Position numbers and translations under genes: made by a program
In this document: in pieces, positions 42,092 through 52,058 of the stretch
Layout: each line of letters starts with the position of its first letter
Numbering within the stretch: the first letter of the stretch is position 1
The notes under the pieces: model-generated
Database searches by the model: none
What the model saw: the letters and a program-made list of their open reading frames with translations, nothing else
Told to the model about the DNA's origin: nothing
Source of the DNA: Rhizobiaceae bacterium
Lineage (GTDB): Bacteria > Pseudomonadota > Alphaproteobacteria > Rhizobiales > Rhizobiaceae
Assembly: GCA_025698895.1 (NCBI GenBank)
Contig: JAILWO010000004.1
Span: forward strand, 129,936 to 193,935
DNA length: 64,000 nt
Reading direction: 5' to 3'

Positions 42092-42703
42092 ATGGGCGCC
42101 GATCAGGGCCTTGTCGCCTATTTCGGCTACGGTTCGCTGGTCAACCGGGCGACGCTGCGCACGGCGATCGTCGACTTGATACCGGCCAGGCTCTCGGGCT
42201 GGCGGCGTGGCTGGCGCCCGCGTCCGGACATGCCGGGCTTTCCGGCCGCGCTGCTGACGGTGCGCCCACAGCCGGGCGCGGGCTGTGATGGCGTGCTGAT
42301 CGTCGACAAGGCCGAGAACCTGCCGGCCGTCGATGCGCGCGAGGCCCGCTACCGGCGCGTCGCGCTCGACCCCGCGACGCTCGAGCTGCGCGGCGCCGCG
42401 CCGGATTGCCCGGTCTGGGTTTATGCCGCCGAGGAGGATCTGCCGCCGCACCGCGAGCCGCCGGCGATCCTGCAATCCTATCTCGACGCGGTGCTGCAGG
42501 GCTTCCATGCCGTTCACGGGGCGGAAGGGCTGGCGCGCTTCTTCGCCGAGACCGACGGCTTCGACACGCCGCTGCACGCCGACCGCGAACGGCCCGTCTA
42601 TCCCCGCCATGTGCGCCTCACGCCGGGGGAACGCGCGCTGTTCGACCGCCATCTGGCGCAGCATGTTGCCTCGGCCTTTCGCTCGCCGCCTTCCGCAGGG
42701 TAG
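42092..42703 (+). CDS. gamma-glutamylcyclotransferase-like (GGCT/AIG2/ChaC fold) protein
   Basis: 203 aa with the N-terminal YFGYGSL motif typical of the GGCT fold. Confidence 0.6.
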   Translation: MGADQGLVAYFGYGSLVNRATLRTAIVDLIPARLSGWRRGWRPRPDMPGFPAALLTVRPQPGAGCDGVLIVDKAENLPAVDAREARYRRVALDPATLELRGAAPDCPVWVYAAEEDLPPHREPPAILQSYLDAVLQGFHAVHGAEGLARFFAETDGFDTPLHADRERPVYPRHVRLTPGERALFDRHLAQHVASAFRSPPSAG

Positions 42704-42787
42704 AATGCCGGTCGCGGCTGGTGTATGGAGCCGCGTTCGTCAAACAGGCGCGCAAGGTCCGCGCCACGCCAAAAGCTGGGTAAAGCC

Positions 42788-44161
42788 ATGTCAGACTGGT
42801 CGCCGAAATCCTGGAGAGCGCTGCCGATCAAGCAGGTTCCGGCCTATCCCGACATGTCCGCGCTCGCCGAGACGGAGGCGAGGCTTGCCAGCTATCCGCC
42901 GCTGGTGTCGGCCGAGGAGACGCTGCGGCTGAAGGCGGCGCTGGCCGAGGTCGCGCAAGGCAAGGGGTTCCTGATGCAGGGCGGCGATTGCGCCGAGGCC
43001 TTCGCTGAACACGAGGCCGGAACGATCCGCGACTTCTTCCGCGTCTTCCTGCAGATGGCGGTGGTGCTGACCTTCGCCGGCGCGCAGCCGGTGGTGAAGG
43101 TGGGCCGCATCGCGGGCCAGTTCGCCAAGCCGCGCTCGTCCGACACCGAGACGAAGGACGACGTCACGCTGCCGTCCTATCGCGGCGACATCATCAACGG
43201 CATCGAGTTCGACGAGGCCTCGCGCATTCCCGATCCGAAGCGGCAGGAGCAGGCTTACCGGCAGTCGGCCGCGACGCTGAACCTGCTGCGCGCCTTCTCG
43301 CAGGGCGGCTATGCCAATCTGGAGAACATCCACAAATGGATGCTGGGCTTCGTCTCCGACAGTCCGCAGGCGCATCGCTACGAGACGCTGGCCGCGCGCA
43401 TCTCCGAGACGATGGACTTCATGCGCGCCGTCGGCATCACGGCCGATACGCACCAGGTGCTGCGCGAGACGAACTTCTACACAAGTCACGAAGCGCTGCT
43501 GCTCGGCTATGAAGAGGCGCTGACGCGTCGCGACAGGCGCACCGGCCAGTGGTTCGCCACGTCGGGCAACATGATCTGGATCGGCGACCGTACGCGCCAG
43601 CCCGACCATGCCCATGTGGAATACTGCCGGGGCATCGCCAATCCGCTCGGCCTCAAATGCGGTCCGTCGCTGACGCCCGACGGGCTGCTGGAACTGATCG
43701 ACCGGCTCAACCCCGAAAACGAGCCGGGACGGCTGACGCTGATCGCGCGGTTCGGCGCCGAGAAGGTGGGCGAGCATCTTCCCAAGCTGGTGCGCGCCGT
43801 GGCGAAGGAAGGCCGTAAGGTCGTCTGGTCCTGCGATCCCATGCACGGCAACACGATCACGGCCGCCGGCTACAAGACGCGGCCCTTCGACCGCATCCTG
43901 CGCGAGGTCAAGGCGTTCTTCGACGTCCACCGCGCCGAGGGCACCCATCCCGGCGGCATCCATTTCGAGATGACGGGCAAGAACGTCACCGAATGCACGG
44001 GCGGCGCGCGCGCCATCCGCGACGAGGACCTGCAGGACCGCTATCACACGCATTGCGATCCGCGCCTCAATGCCGATCAGGCGCTGGAAATGGCGTTTCT
44101 CGTGGCCGACTTCCTCAGGAAGGACGTCCACGCGCCCGACCGGATCGCCGTTCCCGCCTGA
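42788..44161 (+). CDS. class II 3-deoxy-7-phosphoheptulonate (DAHP) synthase
   Basis: An internal ATG gives [22 protein letters not shown]..., 457 aa. Class II AroA hallmarks are present ([31 protein letters not shown]). Confidence 0.92.
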   Translation: MSDWSPKSWRALPIKQVPAYPDMSALAETEARLASYPPLVSAEETLRLKAALAEVAQGKGFLMQGGDCAEAFAEHEAGTIRDFFRVFLQMAVVLTFAGAQPVVKVGRIAGQFAKPRSSDTETKDDVTLPSYRGDIINGIEFDEASRIPDPKRQEQAYRQSAATLNLLRAFSQGGYANLENIHKWMLGFVSDSPQAHRYETLAARISETMDFMRAVGITADTHQVLRETNFYTSHEALLLGYEEALTRRDRRTGQWFATSGNMIWIGDRTRQPDHAHVEYCRGIANPLGLKCGPSLTPDGLLELIDRLNPENEPGRLTLIARFGAEKVGEHLPKLVRAVAKEGRKVVWSCDPMHGNTITAAGYKTRPFDRILREVKAFFDVHRAEGTHPGGIHFEMTGKNVTECTGGARAIRDEDLQDRYHTHCDPRLNADQALEMAFLVADFLRKDVHAPDRIAVPA

Positions 44162-44179
44162 CCGCATCCTCCACCGGAT

Positions 44180-44210
44180 TCGAGCCGCCGCGTTCTTCGC
44201 GGCGGCTCGA
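44180..44210 (+). terminator. strong stem-loop downstream of the DAHP synthase gene (terminator-like, no U-tract)
   Basis: A perfect 13-bp stem TCGAGCCGCCGCG / CGCGGCGGCTCGA has a 5-nt loop TTCTT and lies 19 nt after the stop. Confidence 0.4.
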
Positions 44211-44397
44211 TCGCGTGTGAAGCAGGTCGCATCCGTTGCATTCGCGCCACGCCATGATGGCGACGTGACGGTGCGGCACATTCGATTCATGACAGACTGA
44301 AACGAATCCGTTACCGCCACATGCGACCCGGCCGGATCGGGGGGCGGCCGGGCCCTCGTTACAGTTTTCGTTAACGCTGAACGACCACGATCACGGG

Positions 44398-45207
44398 ATG
44401 ATCCGAATGTCGCGATTCCTCGTCGCCACCCTTTCGGTCGCGCTTGCGGCCGCGATCGCGTCGCCTTGCCTTGCCAATGACGACAATGGTTTTCTCCTGG
44501 CCGGCCAGCGGATCGTCCATGCGATTCCCGATGGCATCCCGGCCGCGAACGGCAAGAAGGGCACTCTGCTGAACACCGACTTCACCCATCGCTATTTCGA
44601 GCCGGAGGAAAAGGCCGGCGACGAGACGCTGGTGCTGCTTCACGGCTCCGGTGGCGATGAGATGAGCCTGGTGGAGATGGCCCGCCAGGTCGCGCCGCAG
44701 GCGAAGCTGCTGGCTGTGCGCGGCAGGATCGTCCAGGACGGCGTCCTGCGCTGGTACAAGCGCATCACGCCCGTCAGCTTCGACCAGACCGACATCCGCG
44801 CCCAGGCCGATGCGTTCGCCGCCTTCCTGCGCAAGGCGGTGGAGGCTGGCACGCTCGATCTCGCCAAGACCACCTTCCTCGGCTATTCGAACGGCGCCAA
44901 TCTGATCGGCGCGCTGACGCTCATGCATCCCGACCTGGTGCACAGGGCCGTCCTCCTGCGCGCGATGCCGGTGCTTGACGACACGCCAAGCGCCGACCTG
45001 TCGAAGGCGCGCTTCCTGACCGTCGCGGGCGAGCAGGACGAACTCTATTCGCCTTTCGCGCCCAAGCTGGCGGGGCTTCTGGAAGACCACGGCGCCTCGG
45101 TTCAGGCGCGTACCGTCAAGACCGGCCACCTGCTGGGCGACGACGACGTGAAGGTGGTCACCGAATGGCTCGCGTCCGGCGACGGCGGCGACAAGGCCAT
45201 CAGGTAG
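44398..45207 (+). CDS. secreted alpha/beta hydrolase (phospholipase/carboxylesterase-type)
   Basis: 269 aa with a signal-like N-terminus, HG box LVLLHGSGGDE and nucleophile elbow GYSNGAN. Confidence 0.7.
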   Translation: MIRMSRFLVATLSVALAAAIASPCLANDDNGFLLAGQRIVHAIPDGIPAANGKKGTLLNTDFTHRYFEPEEKAGDETLVLLHGSGGDEMSLVEMARQVAPQAKLLAVRGRIVQDGVLRWYKRITPVSFDQTDIRAQADAFAAFLRKAVEAGTLDLAKTTFLGYSNGANLIGALTLMHPDLVHRAVLLRAMPVLDDTPSADLSKARFLTVAGEQDELYSPFAPKLAGLLEDHGASVQARTVKTGHLLGDDDVKVVTEWLASGDGGDKAIR

Positions 45208-45233
45208 CTTTCGCGGCCTGCATCCCTGCCGGG

Positions 45234-45262
45234 TTGCTTCGTTCCTTATCTGGACTATATAT
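45234..45262 (+). promoter_or_regulatory. candidate sigma-70 promoter of vapBC
   Basis: TTGCTT (45234-45239), a 17-nt spacer, then TATATT (45257-45262), in a locally AT-rich patch about 35 nt upstream of the antitoxin ATG. A short inverted repeat TGGAC...GTCCA overlaps the -10. Confidence 0.3.
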
Positions 45263-45296
45263 TGGTCCAATAGCGAGGTTGGTCGGAGCGACAGCA

Positions 45297-45554
45297 ATGA
45301 AGATTTCGGTCAGCGAGGCGAAGGGCCAGCTTACCGAACTGGTGAAGCGGGCCGAGGCCGGCGAAGAGGTCGTCCTTACGCGGCATGGCCATCAGGTCGT
45401 GCGTCTGACGCCGATCGCCGCTTCCGTCAATTCCAAGGCACGCCGGGCGCTGATGGAGGAAGTCCGAGCCGCGGCGGCCGCCAAGGTGCTGCCGGGACCG
45501 GATGCCGCGCACAGTCAGGACTTTCTGTATGGCGATGACGGCCTTCCCACATGA
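45297..45554 (+). CDS. type II antitoxin, Phd/YefM family (VapB partner)
   Basis: An internal ATG gives MKISVSEAKGQLTELVKRAEAGEEVVLTRHGHQVVRLTPI..., 85 aa. Its stop overlaps the vapC start (ATGA). Confidence 0.8.
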   Translation: MKISVSEAKGQLTELVKRAEAGEEVVLTRHGHQVVRLTPIAASVNSKARRALMEEVRAAAAAKVLPGPDAAHSQDFLYGDDGLPT

Positions 45555-45970
45555 TCGCGGTAGACACCTCTGCCCTGATGGCGATCGTCCTGAATGAGCC
45601 GCAGGCCGAGGCCTGTATGGCGGCGATCGAACGGGCGGATGAGTTGACGGTCTCTGCTGGAACTGTCGCGGAGGCGCTGATCGTCGCCGGCCGCAGGAAC
45701 GTCGGCAAGGAACTTGCGTCCCTGATTTCCGGGCTTGGATTGGAAATCGTCTCGGTGACGGCGGCTTCGGCGAACCGGGTCGCGGATGCCTATGCACGAT
45801 GGGGCAAGGGAATCCATCCGGCCGGACTTAACTACGGCGACTGCTTTGCCTATGAGGTCGCGGCCGAGCGCGACTGTCCGCTCCTTTATGTCGGCGACGA
45901 CTTTTCGCGGACAGACATAAGATCGGCCCTGCCACCCACCGGCCATCAGCGCCCTTCATCGCAGACTTGA
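45551..45970 (+). CDS. vapC: type II toxin VapC (PIN-domain ribonuclease)
   Basis: 139 aa. MIAVDTSALMAIV carries the PIN Asp, and the C-terminal GDCFAY...LLYVGDDFSRTDI is typical. Confidence 0.85.
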   Translation: MIAVDTSALMAIVLNEPQAEACMAAIERADELTVSAGTVAEALIVAGRRNVGKELASLISGLGLEIVSVTAASANRVADAYARWGKGIHPAGLNYGDCFAYEVAAERDCPLLYVGDDFSRTDIRSALPPTGHQRPSSQT

Positions 45971-46037
45971 ATCCTTTGCGACTGCGTTCTCTTCTGTCTC
46001 GTCCTAGGATCGGTCGAGGAACGAGGAGGATTGGACG

Positions 46038-46451
46038 GTGGGAAACAAGGGGCACTGCCTTTGCGGCGCGGTCACGTTCGAGACCACGGGCCCGCTGCGC
46101 GGCGTGGTCTACTGCCACTGCTCGCAATGCCGTCGGCAGACGGGCCATTTCTACGCGGCGACGAATGTCGCGCTCGACCGCATCGCCATCAGCGGCGCTG
46201 ACGAGCTGACATGGTACGCCGCCTCGGACGATGCCCGGCGCGGCTTTTGCCGCACATGCGGCTCGGCGCTGTTCTGGCAGCGCAATGGCGACGATCATGT
46301 GTCGGTCATGGCCGGCGCCTTCGACCTGCCTTCCGGGCTCGCGGCCGAGCGGCACATCTTCACCGCCGACAAGGGCGACTACTATGCGATCACCGACGGG
46401 CTGCCGTGCCATGAAGGTTCGAGCGCATCGCCGCCGGCCGATGGCCGCTGA
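46038..46451 (+). CDS. GFA family protein (glutathione-dependent formaldehyde-activating / CENP-V-like zinc protein)
   Basis: 137 aa with a GTG start and Cys motifs CLCGAV...YCHCSQCRR...FCRTCGS. Confidence 0.8.
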   Translation: MGNKGHCLCGAVTFETTGPLRGVVYCHCSQCRRQTGHFYAATNVALDRIAISGADELTWYAASDDARRGFCRTCGSALFWQRNGDDHVSVMAGAFDLPSGLAAERHIFTADKGDYYAITDGLPCHEGSSASPPADGR

Positions 46452-46513
46452 CCGCTTTGCCGCCGGGCCGGTCCGGCGCATCATGGCCGCCGATTCGGAG
46501 CGCGGAGACCCCG

Positions 46514-46873
46514 ATGCAGCGCATGATCCAGGCGACGCGGAACTCGGCCCGAGCCTTCGGGCACCTCTTCCGGCATGAGGCGGCGTTCAGGCAGGAGGTG
46601 ATCCTGCTCGTTGTGGCGATCCCGCTGGCCTGGATTATTTCTGGCGGCTGGCGCGGCTTCGCGCTGCTGATCGGGGTTCTGGTCATCCTGATCGTGGTCG
46701 AGGTGGTGAACACGGCGATCGAGGCGGCCTGCAACGCCGCGACCCGCGAATTCAGCGACGACGTGATGCTGGCCAAGGATTGCGGCTCGCTGGCGGTGGC
46801 CTTCGCGCTGGCGCTGGCGGGCGTGGTGTGGCTGATCGCGCTCTGGGAATGGCTGGCCGGCGCGCCTATCTGA
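46514..46873 (+). CDS. dgkA: diacylglycerol kinase
   Basis: An internal ATG gives MQRMIQATRNSARAFGHLFRHEAAFRQE..., 119 aa with three TM helices. The DgkA motif VVEVVNTAIEAA is present. Confidence 0.85.
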   Translation: MQRMIQATRNSARAFGHLFRHEAAFRQEVILLVVAIPLAWIISGGWRGFALLIGVLVILIVVEVVNTAIEAACNAATREFSDDVMLAKDCGSLAVAFALALAGVVWLIALWEWLAGAPI

Positions 46874-46893
46874 GGGGCGCATCGGAAGAAATC

Positions 46894-47490
46894 ATGACCC
46901 TGCCACCCGACAACGATCCACTGCATCTCGAACGCCGCGTCGGCCTGCCGGACGATCTGCGCTTCCTCGTCGAACGCTATCCGCGCGACGAGTGGGCCGC
47001 GCACGACAACATAGGCGGCATGGCGGGGTTCTGGCTGCAGCGGCATGACATGTTCCGCGACGTCGGGCGCATGCTGACGGGCGGGATCGCCGACTACCGC
47101 GAGGGCCGCCGCACGGCGCGCGATTTCGCGCAATGGTTCGCGCCGCGCCTCAACTTCTTCCTCAGCAACCTGGAGGGACATCACCAGGTCGAGGACGTGC
47201 ATTATTTTCCGGTGTTCGCCGCGGCCGAGGCGCGTCTGAAGCGCGGCTTCGATATTCTCGACGCCGATCATCACCTGATACACGAGGCGCTGGAGGCGAA
47301 TGCCGAAACGGCCAATGCCTTCCTGCGGGCGCTCGACGGGGACGAGGACCGGCGGCGTTTCGCGGCGGATGCCTATGCGACGGCCAATGACAGGCTGGTC
47401 GCCATGCTGATGCGGCATCTGGACGACGAGGAAGACCTGATCATTCCGCTGATCCTCGACCGTGGGGATGCCGCGCTGGGTGGCCATTGA
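46894..47490 (+). CDS. hemerythrin-domain protein
   Basis: 198 aa with His/Glu-rich metal-ligand motifs (HHQVEDVHYFP, DHHLIHEAL, HLDDEEDLIIP). Confidence 0.7.
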   Translation: MTLPPDNDPLHLERRVGLPDDLRFLVERYPRDEWAAHDNIGGMAGFWLQRHDMFRDVGRMLTGGIADYREGRRTARDFAQWFAPRLNFFLSNLEGHHQVEDVHYFPVFAAAEARLKRGFDILDADHHLIHEALEANAETANAFLRALDGDEDRRRFAADAYATANDRLVAMLMRHLDDEEDLIIPLILDRGDAALGGH

Positions 47491-47548
47491 TGTCAGTTGG
47501 CGCGGTCGACGCGCCGCGCTAGTCTCCCGCCGCGATTGGGGGAGAGCC

Positions 47549-48268
47549 ATGAAATCCTTCGACAAGATCCGCGCGCGGGCGGCAGGCCGCAAGGGTGGCG
47601 ACGAGGTGATCGAGCGCCTGCTGGGGCCGAAACCGGACAATGCGGAGCTAGCCTCGCTGCCGGACGACCGTGTGCTCTCCACCATGGCCAAGCGTGTCTT
47701 TTCGGCCGGCTTCGTGTGGAGCGTGATCGAGCAGAAATGGCCGGGTTTCGAGGAGGCTTTCCTCGGATTCCAGCCCAAGGCGCTGCTGTTCCAGCCGGAC
47801 GATTTCTGGCATGATCTCGCCTCGGACAAGCGCATCGTGCGCAATCCGCAGAAGATCAGGTCGGTGCGCGAGAACGCCGAATTCGTCGACCGCATCTCGC
47901 AGGAGCACGGCGGTTTCGGGAAATTCCTCGCCGACTGGCCGGCGGACGATCAGGTGGGGCTCACCGCCTTCCTCGCCAAAAACGGCGCGCGGCTGGGCGG
48001 CAATACCGGTCCGTATCTGCTGCGCTGGATCGGCTGGGACACCTATGTCGTGTCGAAGGACATGGCGGCGGCCCTGCGCGACGCGGGTCTCGATATCGCC
48101 GAAACCCCGACCTCGAAGAAGGACCTCGCCGCGATTCAGGCGCGAATGAACGAATGGCATGCCGAGACCGGGCTGTCATACCAGCATCTGTCGCGCATCC
48201 TGGCGATGTCGATCGGCGACAATTATGCGCCCGAGGATCTGAGCTACTACATGGGCGACGGGGAATAG
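47549..48268 (+). CDS. DNA-3-methyladenine glycosylase I-like protein
   Basis: An internal ATG gives a 239-aa product. It resembles Tag-family proteins (FSAGFVWSVIEQKWPGFEEAF, IVRNPQKIRSVRENA, LGGNTGPYLLRWIGW). The family assignment is from memory only. Confidence 0.6.
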   Translation: MKSFDKIRARAAGRKGGDEVIERLLGPKPDNAELASLPDDRVLSTMAKRVFSAGFVWSVIEQKWPGFEEAFLGFQPKALLFQPDDFWHDLASDKRIVRNPQKIRSVRENAEFVDRISQEHGGFGKFLADWPADDQVGLTAFLAKNGARLGGNTGPYLLRWIGWDTYVVSKDMAAALRDAGLDIAETPTSKKDLAAIQARMNEWHAETGLSYQHLSRILAMSIGDNYAPEDLSYYMGDGE

Positions 48269-48366
48269 TCGAAAGCACGCCGGAACCAAATGTCGGCATT
48301 GTCGCGCGTCATGCGTCCTCGAAGGGCGCTTTTCGATGCGCTGAAACCGGACAGGAGGCAACGACC

Positions 48367-48783
48367 ATGCGCTTCATGATGCTGATGATTCCCGGCGGAT
48401 ACGAGACCGCGGAACCGGGAACGATGCCCGAGGATCTGGGCGCGCTGGACGCGATGATGGCCTATAACCAGTCGCTGGAGGCCGCTGGCATCCTGCGCGA
48501 TGCCAACGGCCTTCATCCGCCGTCGATGGGCGCCAGAGTTTCCTTCAGGAACGGCAAGCCTCTCGTCACCGACGGCCCCTTCGCCGAAACCAAGGAAGTG
48601 CTCGGTGGCTACTGGATCATCGAGGTCGGCTCGCGCGCGGAAGCGATCGACTGGGCTTCACGCTGCCCGGCCGGCGATAACGAGATCATCGAAATCCGCC
48701 AGATCCAGGAGGCCGAGGACTGGAACGAGGAGGCGCGGTCGGTGATGGACAAATATCCGGACGTTCTTGACCGGCTGCGCTGA
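48367..48783 (+). CDS. YciI/DGPF-domain family protein
   Basis: An internal ATG gives MRFMMLMIPGGYE...VTDGPFAETKEVLGGYWIIEV, 138 aa. Confidence 0.75.
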   Translation: MRFMMLMIPGGYETAEPGTMPEDLGALDAMMAYNQSLEAAGILRDANGLHPPSMGARVSFRNGKPLVTDGPFAETKEVLGGYWIIEVGSRAEAIDWASRCPAGDNEIIEIRQIQEAEDWNEEARSVMDKYPDVLDRLR

Positions 48784-48856
48784 CGGAATCCCGTGCCGGC
48801 GGGAATGGCACGGCAATCCGTTGCGCGAGCCGCGATTGCCGGGCTAAAGCATCGCC

Positions 48857-50563
48857 ATGACCACGCCGCCAGACATGCTTCGCATCGCCGTCGCGCAATT
48901 GAACCCGGTCGTCGGCGATATCGCCGGCAATCTTGAAATGGCGCGCAAGGCGCGGGCCGAGGCGGCGAGGCACGGCGCCGACCTCGTCCTGTTCACCGAG
49001 CTGTTCATCGCCGGCTATCCGCCCGAGGACCTTGTCATGAAGCCGGCCTTCGTGGCGGCCTGCGAAAAAGCAGCGGACGAGCTGGTGGCCGACACGGCCG
49101 ACGGCGGCCCTGGTATCGTCGTCGGCCTGCCGCTCAAGCGCGTGTCGGGCGTCCACAACGCGGTGATCGTAGCCGATGGCGGCAAGGCGATCGGCGAACG
49201 CTATAAGCTCGACCTGCCCAATTACGGCGAGTTCGACGAAAAGCGCGTCTTCCAGCCCGGGCCGGACATGCCCGGCCCGGTCGCGTTCCGGGGCGTTCGC
49301 CTCGGCGTTCCGATCTGCGAGGATCTGTGGGGCGATCTCGGCGTCTGCGAGACGCTGGCCGAGAGCGGCGCCGAAATCCTGCTCGTGCCGAACGGTTCGC
49401 CCTATTATCGCGGCAAGGTGGATGTGCGCCAGCAGGTGGTGATCCGGCAGGTGATCGAGAGCGGCCTGCCGATCATCTATGCCAACCAGCTCGGCGGGCA
49501 GGACGAGCTGGTCTTCGACGGCGCCTCTTTCGCCATCCAGGCCGACCGCTCGCTTGGCTTCCAGATGAGCCAATTCGAGGAGACGGTCTCGATCAGCACC
49601 TGGAAGCGCAGCCGCGACGCCGCAGGTGCGCGAAACGGGGAGTCCGATCACTGGGTCTGCGACCGCGGCCCGATGTCGATCATCCCGCAGAAGGAGGAGG
49701 CCGACTACCGCGCCTGCATGCTGGGCCTGCGCGACTACGTCAACAAGAACGGGTTCCGCAACGTGGTGATCGGGCTGTCGGGCGGCATCGATTCGGCGAT
49801 CTGCGCGGCCCTTGCCGTCGATGCGCTGGGCGAGGAGCGGCTGCGCGCCATCATGATGCCCTATCGCTATACCTCGAAGGAGTCGCTTGCCGACGCCGAG
49901 GCCTGCGCGCGCGCGCTGGGCTGCCGCTATGACATCGTGCCGATCGCCGAGCCGGTCGAGGGCTTTTCACACGCGCTCACCCAGCTTTTCGAGGGCACGA
50001 AGGAAGGCGTCACCGAGGAGAACCTGCAAAGCCGCGCGCGCGGGACGATCCTGATGGCGGTCTCCAACAAGTTCGGCTCGATGGTGGTGACCACCGGCAA
50101 CAAATCGGAAATGTCGGTCGGCTACGCGACGCTCTATGGCGACATGAATGGCGGCTTCAACCCGATCAAGGACCTCTACAAGATGCAGGTCTACGCGCTG
50201 GCGCGCTGGCGCAACGGCAATGTGCCGCCTGGCGCGCTGGGGCCGTCGGGCGAGGTGATCCCGAAAAACATCATCGACAAGGCGCCGTCGGCCGAACTGC
50301 GCGAGAACCAGACCGATCAGGATTCCCTGCCGCCCTATCCGGTGCTCGACGACATCCTCGAGTGCCTGGTCGAGAACGAGATGGGCGTTGACGAGATCGT
50401 GGCGCGCGGCCACGACCGCGACACCGTGCACAGGGTCGAGCACCTGCTCTACATCGCCGAGTACAAGCGCCGGCAGGCCGCGCCCGGCGTGAAGATCACG
50501 CGGAAGAATTTCGGCCGGGACCGCAGATATCCGATCACCAACAGATTCCGGGATCGGGGGTAG
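48857..50563 (+). CDS. nadE: glutamine-dependent NAD+ synthetase
   Basis: 568 aa. An N-terminal CN-hydrolase domain (LVLFTELFIAGYPPEDL, ICEDLW) is followed by a C-terminal synthetase domain with the SGGIDS P-loop. Confidence 0.93.
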   Translation: MTTPPDMLRIAVAQLNPVVGDIAGNLEMARKARAEAARHGADLVLFTELFIAGYPPEDLVMKPAFVAACEKAADELVADTADGGPGIVVGLPLKRVSGVHNAVIVADGGKAIGERYKLDLPNYGEFDEKRVFQPGPDMPGPVAFRGVRLGVPICEDLWGDLGVCETLAESGAEILLVPNGSPYYRGKVDVRQQVVIRQVIESGLPIIYANQLGGQDELVFDGASFAIQADRSLGFQMSQFEETVSISTWKRSRDAAGARNGESDHWVCDRGPMSIIPQKEEADYRACMLGLRDYVNKNGFRNVVIGLSGGIDSAICAALAVDALGEERLRAIMMPYRYTSKESLADAEACARALGCRYDIVPIAEPVEGFSHALTQLFEGTKEGVTEENLQSRARGTILMAVSNKFGSMVVTTGNKSEMSVGYATLYGDMNGGFNPIKDLYKMQVYALARWRNGNVPPGALGPSGEVIPKNIIDKAPSAELRENQTDQDSLPPYPVLDDILECLVENEMGVDEIVARGHDRDTVHRVEHLLYIAEYKRRQAAPGVKITRKNFGRDRRYPITNRFRDRG

Positions 50564-50567
50564 GGCG

Positions 50568-50960
50568 GTGGAGATCGTCTCCGATCTCTCCCGGCTCGAT
50601 TTCTCGGGAACCTCGGAACTGCTGAGGGCCACCTATTGGGGCAGTCGGCGCACCGACGAGATCAACCGCAACGCGTTCGCCAACTCGATCTGCGTAATTG
50701 CCCTGATCGAGGGACAACAGGTTGGTTTCGCGCGGGCCTCGGGAGATCGTACGCTGTTCGCCCGCATCTCCGACGTGGTCGTCTGGCCCGAACACCGGGG
50801 CAGAGGAATAGCCAGGGCGCTGGTCAAGGCGCTGCTGGATCATCCGGAGCTCAGCACGGTCACGACCTGGACGCTGAACACCGCCGAGGCGCACGGGCTC
50901 TATGAGCGCTTCGGATTTCGCAGCGTCTCCGACGGTACCGAAATGCGCTTGGACCGCTGA
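50568..50960 (+). CDS. GNAT family N-acetyltransferase
   Basis: 130 aa with a GTG start and an acetyl-CoA binding segment (VVWPEHRGRGIARALVKALL). Confidence 0.75.
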   Translation: MEIVSDLSRLDFSGTSELLRATYWGSRRTDEINRNAFANSICVIALIEGQQVGFARASGDRTLFARISDVVVWPEHRGRGIARALVKALLDHPELSTVTTWTLNTAEAHGLYERFGFRSVSDGTEMRLDR

Positions 50961-50994
50961 CAGCCGCGCAACCGTGCCCCGTCCTGGAACGGCT

Positions 50995-51378
50995 TCAGTT
51001 CGCCAGCCGGCAGCCGGCGCGGCGAAGCATGTCGCGCAGGATGAGCGGGGTGGCCGCGGTCTCGACCGCGCGTTGACCGCCCGATGAGCCGGCGAGTGCC
51101 CGACGCACCGCCGCGGGACTGAGGCTGAGCGAGGCGCGGCAGCCCGCGACAGCGGAGGCGTCCGCCGCGTCCAGAAGAAAGCCGGCCGTCTCGCCGACGC
51201 CGGTGAGATAGATGGTCAGCACCTGCCTTGCGTCGTCGTTCGCCGGGGCTCTGTCCAGCAATTCCGTAACCTGCGCGACGGAAATCTCGCCGCGCGATGT
51301 CGCCTGCGCGGCGTCGGCGGCTGGGGAGGAAACAGCCAAGGCGGCGATGGTGAAGGCAACTGGCATGAACGATTTCAT
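50995..51378 (-). CDS. hypothetical exported protein (127 aa)
   Basis: It has a signal peptide (MKSFMPVAFTIAALAVSSPAADA) and two Cys in the mature part. I recognise no family with confidence. Confidence 0.55.
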   Translation of the reverse strand: MKSFMPVAFTIAALAVSSPAADAAQATSRGEISVAQVTELLDRAPANDDARQVLTIYLTGVGETAGFLLDAADASAVAGCRASLSLSPAAVRRALAGSSGGQRAVETAATPLILRDMLRRAGCRLAN

Positions 51379-51426
51379 GGGAAAGGTCTCCGTTGGACGG
51401 CAACATATGTGTACCGCAGAAATAAT

Positions 51427-51443
51427 TTATTGTAAAACAATAA
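51427..51443. promoter_or_regulatory. perfect palindrome (candidate operator) in an AT-rich divergent promoter region
   Basis: TTATTGT-AAA-ACAATAA read directly. It lies between the exported-protein gene (minus strand) and the DUF2975/HTH pair (plus strand). Confidence 0.4.
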
Positions 51444-51485
51444 TCTCTTGTTATGATGCAGTTATACGCATCAATGGAGGCTGCC

Positions 51486-52052
51486 ATGCCATCATCCTCG
51501 ACGATTAAGATGACGGACGATGCGGGCCAAAGACGGCTAGGGCGCATCCGCGCGCTGAGCCGGCTCATGGCCTGGCTCGTTCTTTTCACCGCGGCCGCGC
51601 TCGTGGTCGGAATTCTGGCCTACTGGTGGACGACGCCGTCGGACCTGCTGCGCGCGCAGGCCGGCCTGACAGGCCCGGGCCTGGAGATTGGCGCTGCGAC
51701 GCGGGTGGCGGGGTTCGCCATCTCGATGATCCCGGTCGGCATTCTGATCTTCGGGCTCGTCTACGCCAGGCAATGTTTTCTGGCCTTCGCCGACGGTGAG
51801 ATATTCTCGAGGCGCGCCGTGGGTCGCCTGCGGGCCTTCGCGATCGCCGTCGCAGCCTCGGCGGCGCTGAAGCCGGTTGCGGGAGCCGCCCTGTCGGTGT
51901 TGCTGAGCTGGAACGGCGAGGGCGGCAGCGTGGCGCTGCGCCTCGGATCCGACACGCTGCTGACGCTGATTTTCGCGGGCCTGGTCGCGGTCATCGCATG
52001 GGTGATGGCCGAAGCCGTGGCGATATCCGAAGAAAACGCGCAATTCGTCTGA
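51486..52052 (+). CDS. DUF2975-like membrane protein
   Basis: It has four hydrophobic segments and lies directly upstream of a YozG-type HTH gene, which is the usual pairing. The start is uncertain: the ATG at 51486 is 5 nt after GGAGG, and the track ORF begins at 51453. Confidence 0.6.
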   Translation: MPSSSTIKMTDDAGQRRLGRIRALSRLMAWLVLFTAAALVVGILAYWWTTPSDLLRAQAGLTGPGLEIGAATRVAGFAISMIPVGILIFGLVYARQCFLAFADGEIFSRRAVGRLRAFAIAVAASAALKPVAGAALSVLLSWNGEGGSVALRLGSDTLLTLIFAGLVAVIAWVMAEAVAISEENAQFV

Positions 52053-52058
52053 GGCGGC

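Noticed and set aside
46390-47895. 501-aa minus-strand ORF spanning dgkA, the hemerythrin gene and the tag-like gene.
   Set aside because: It is antisense to three independently recognisable plus-strand genes and shows no domain signature.
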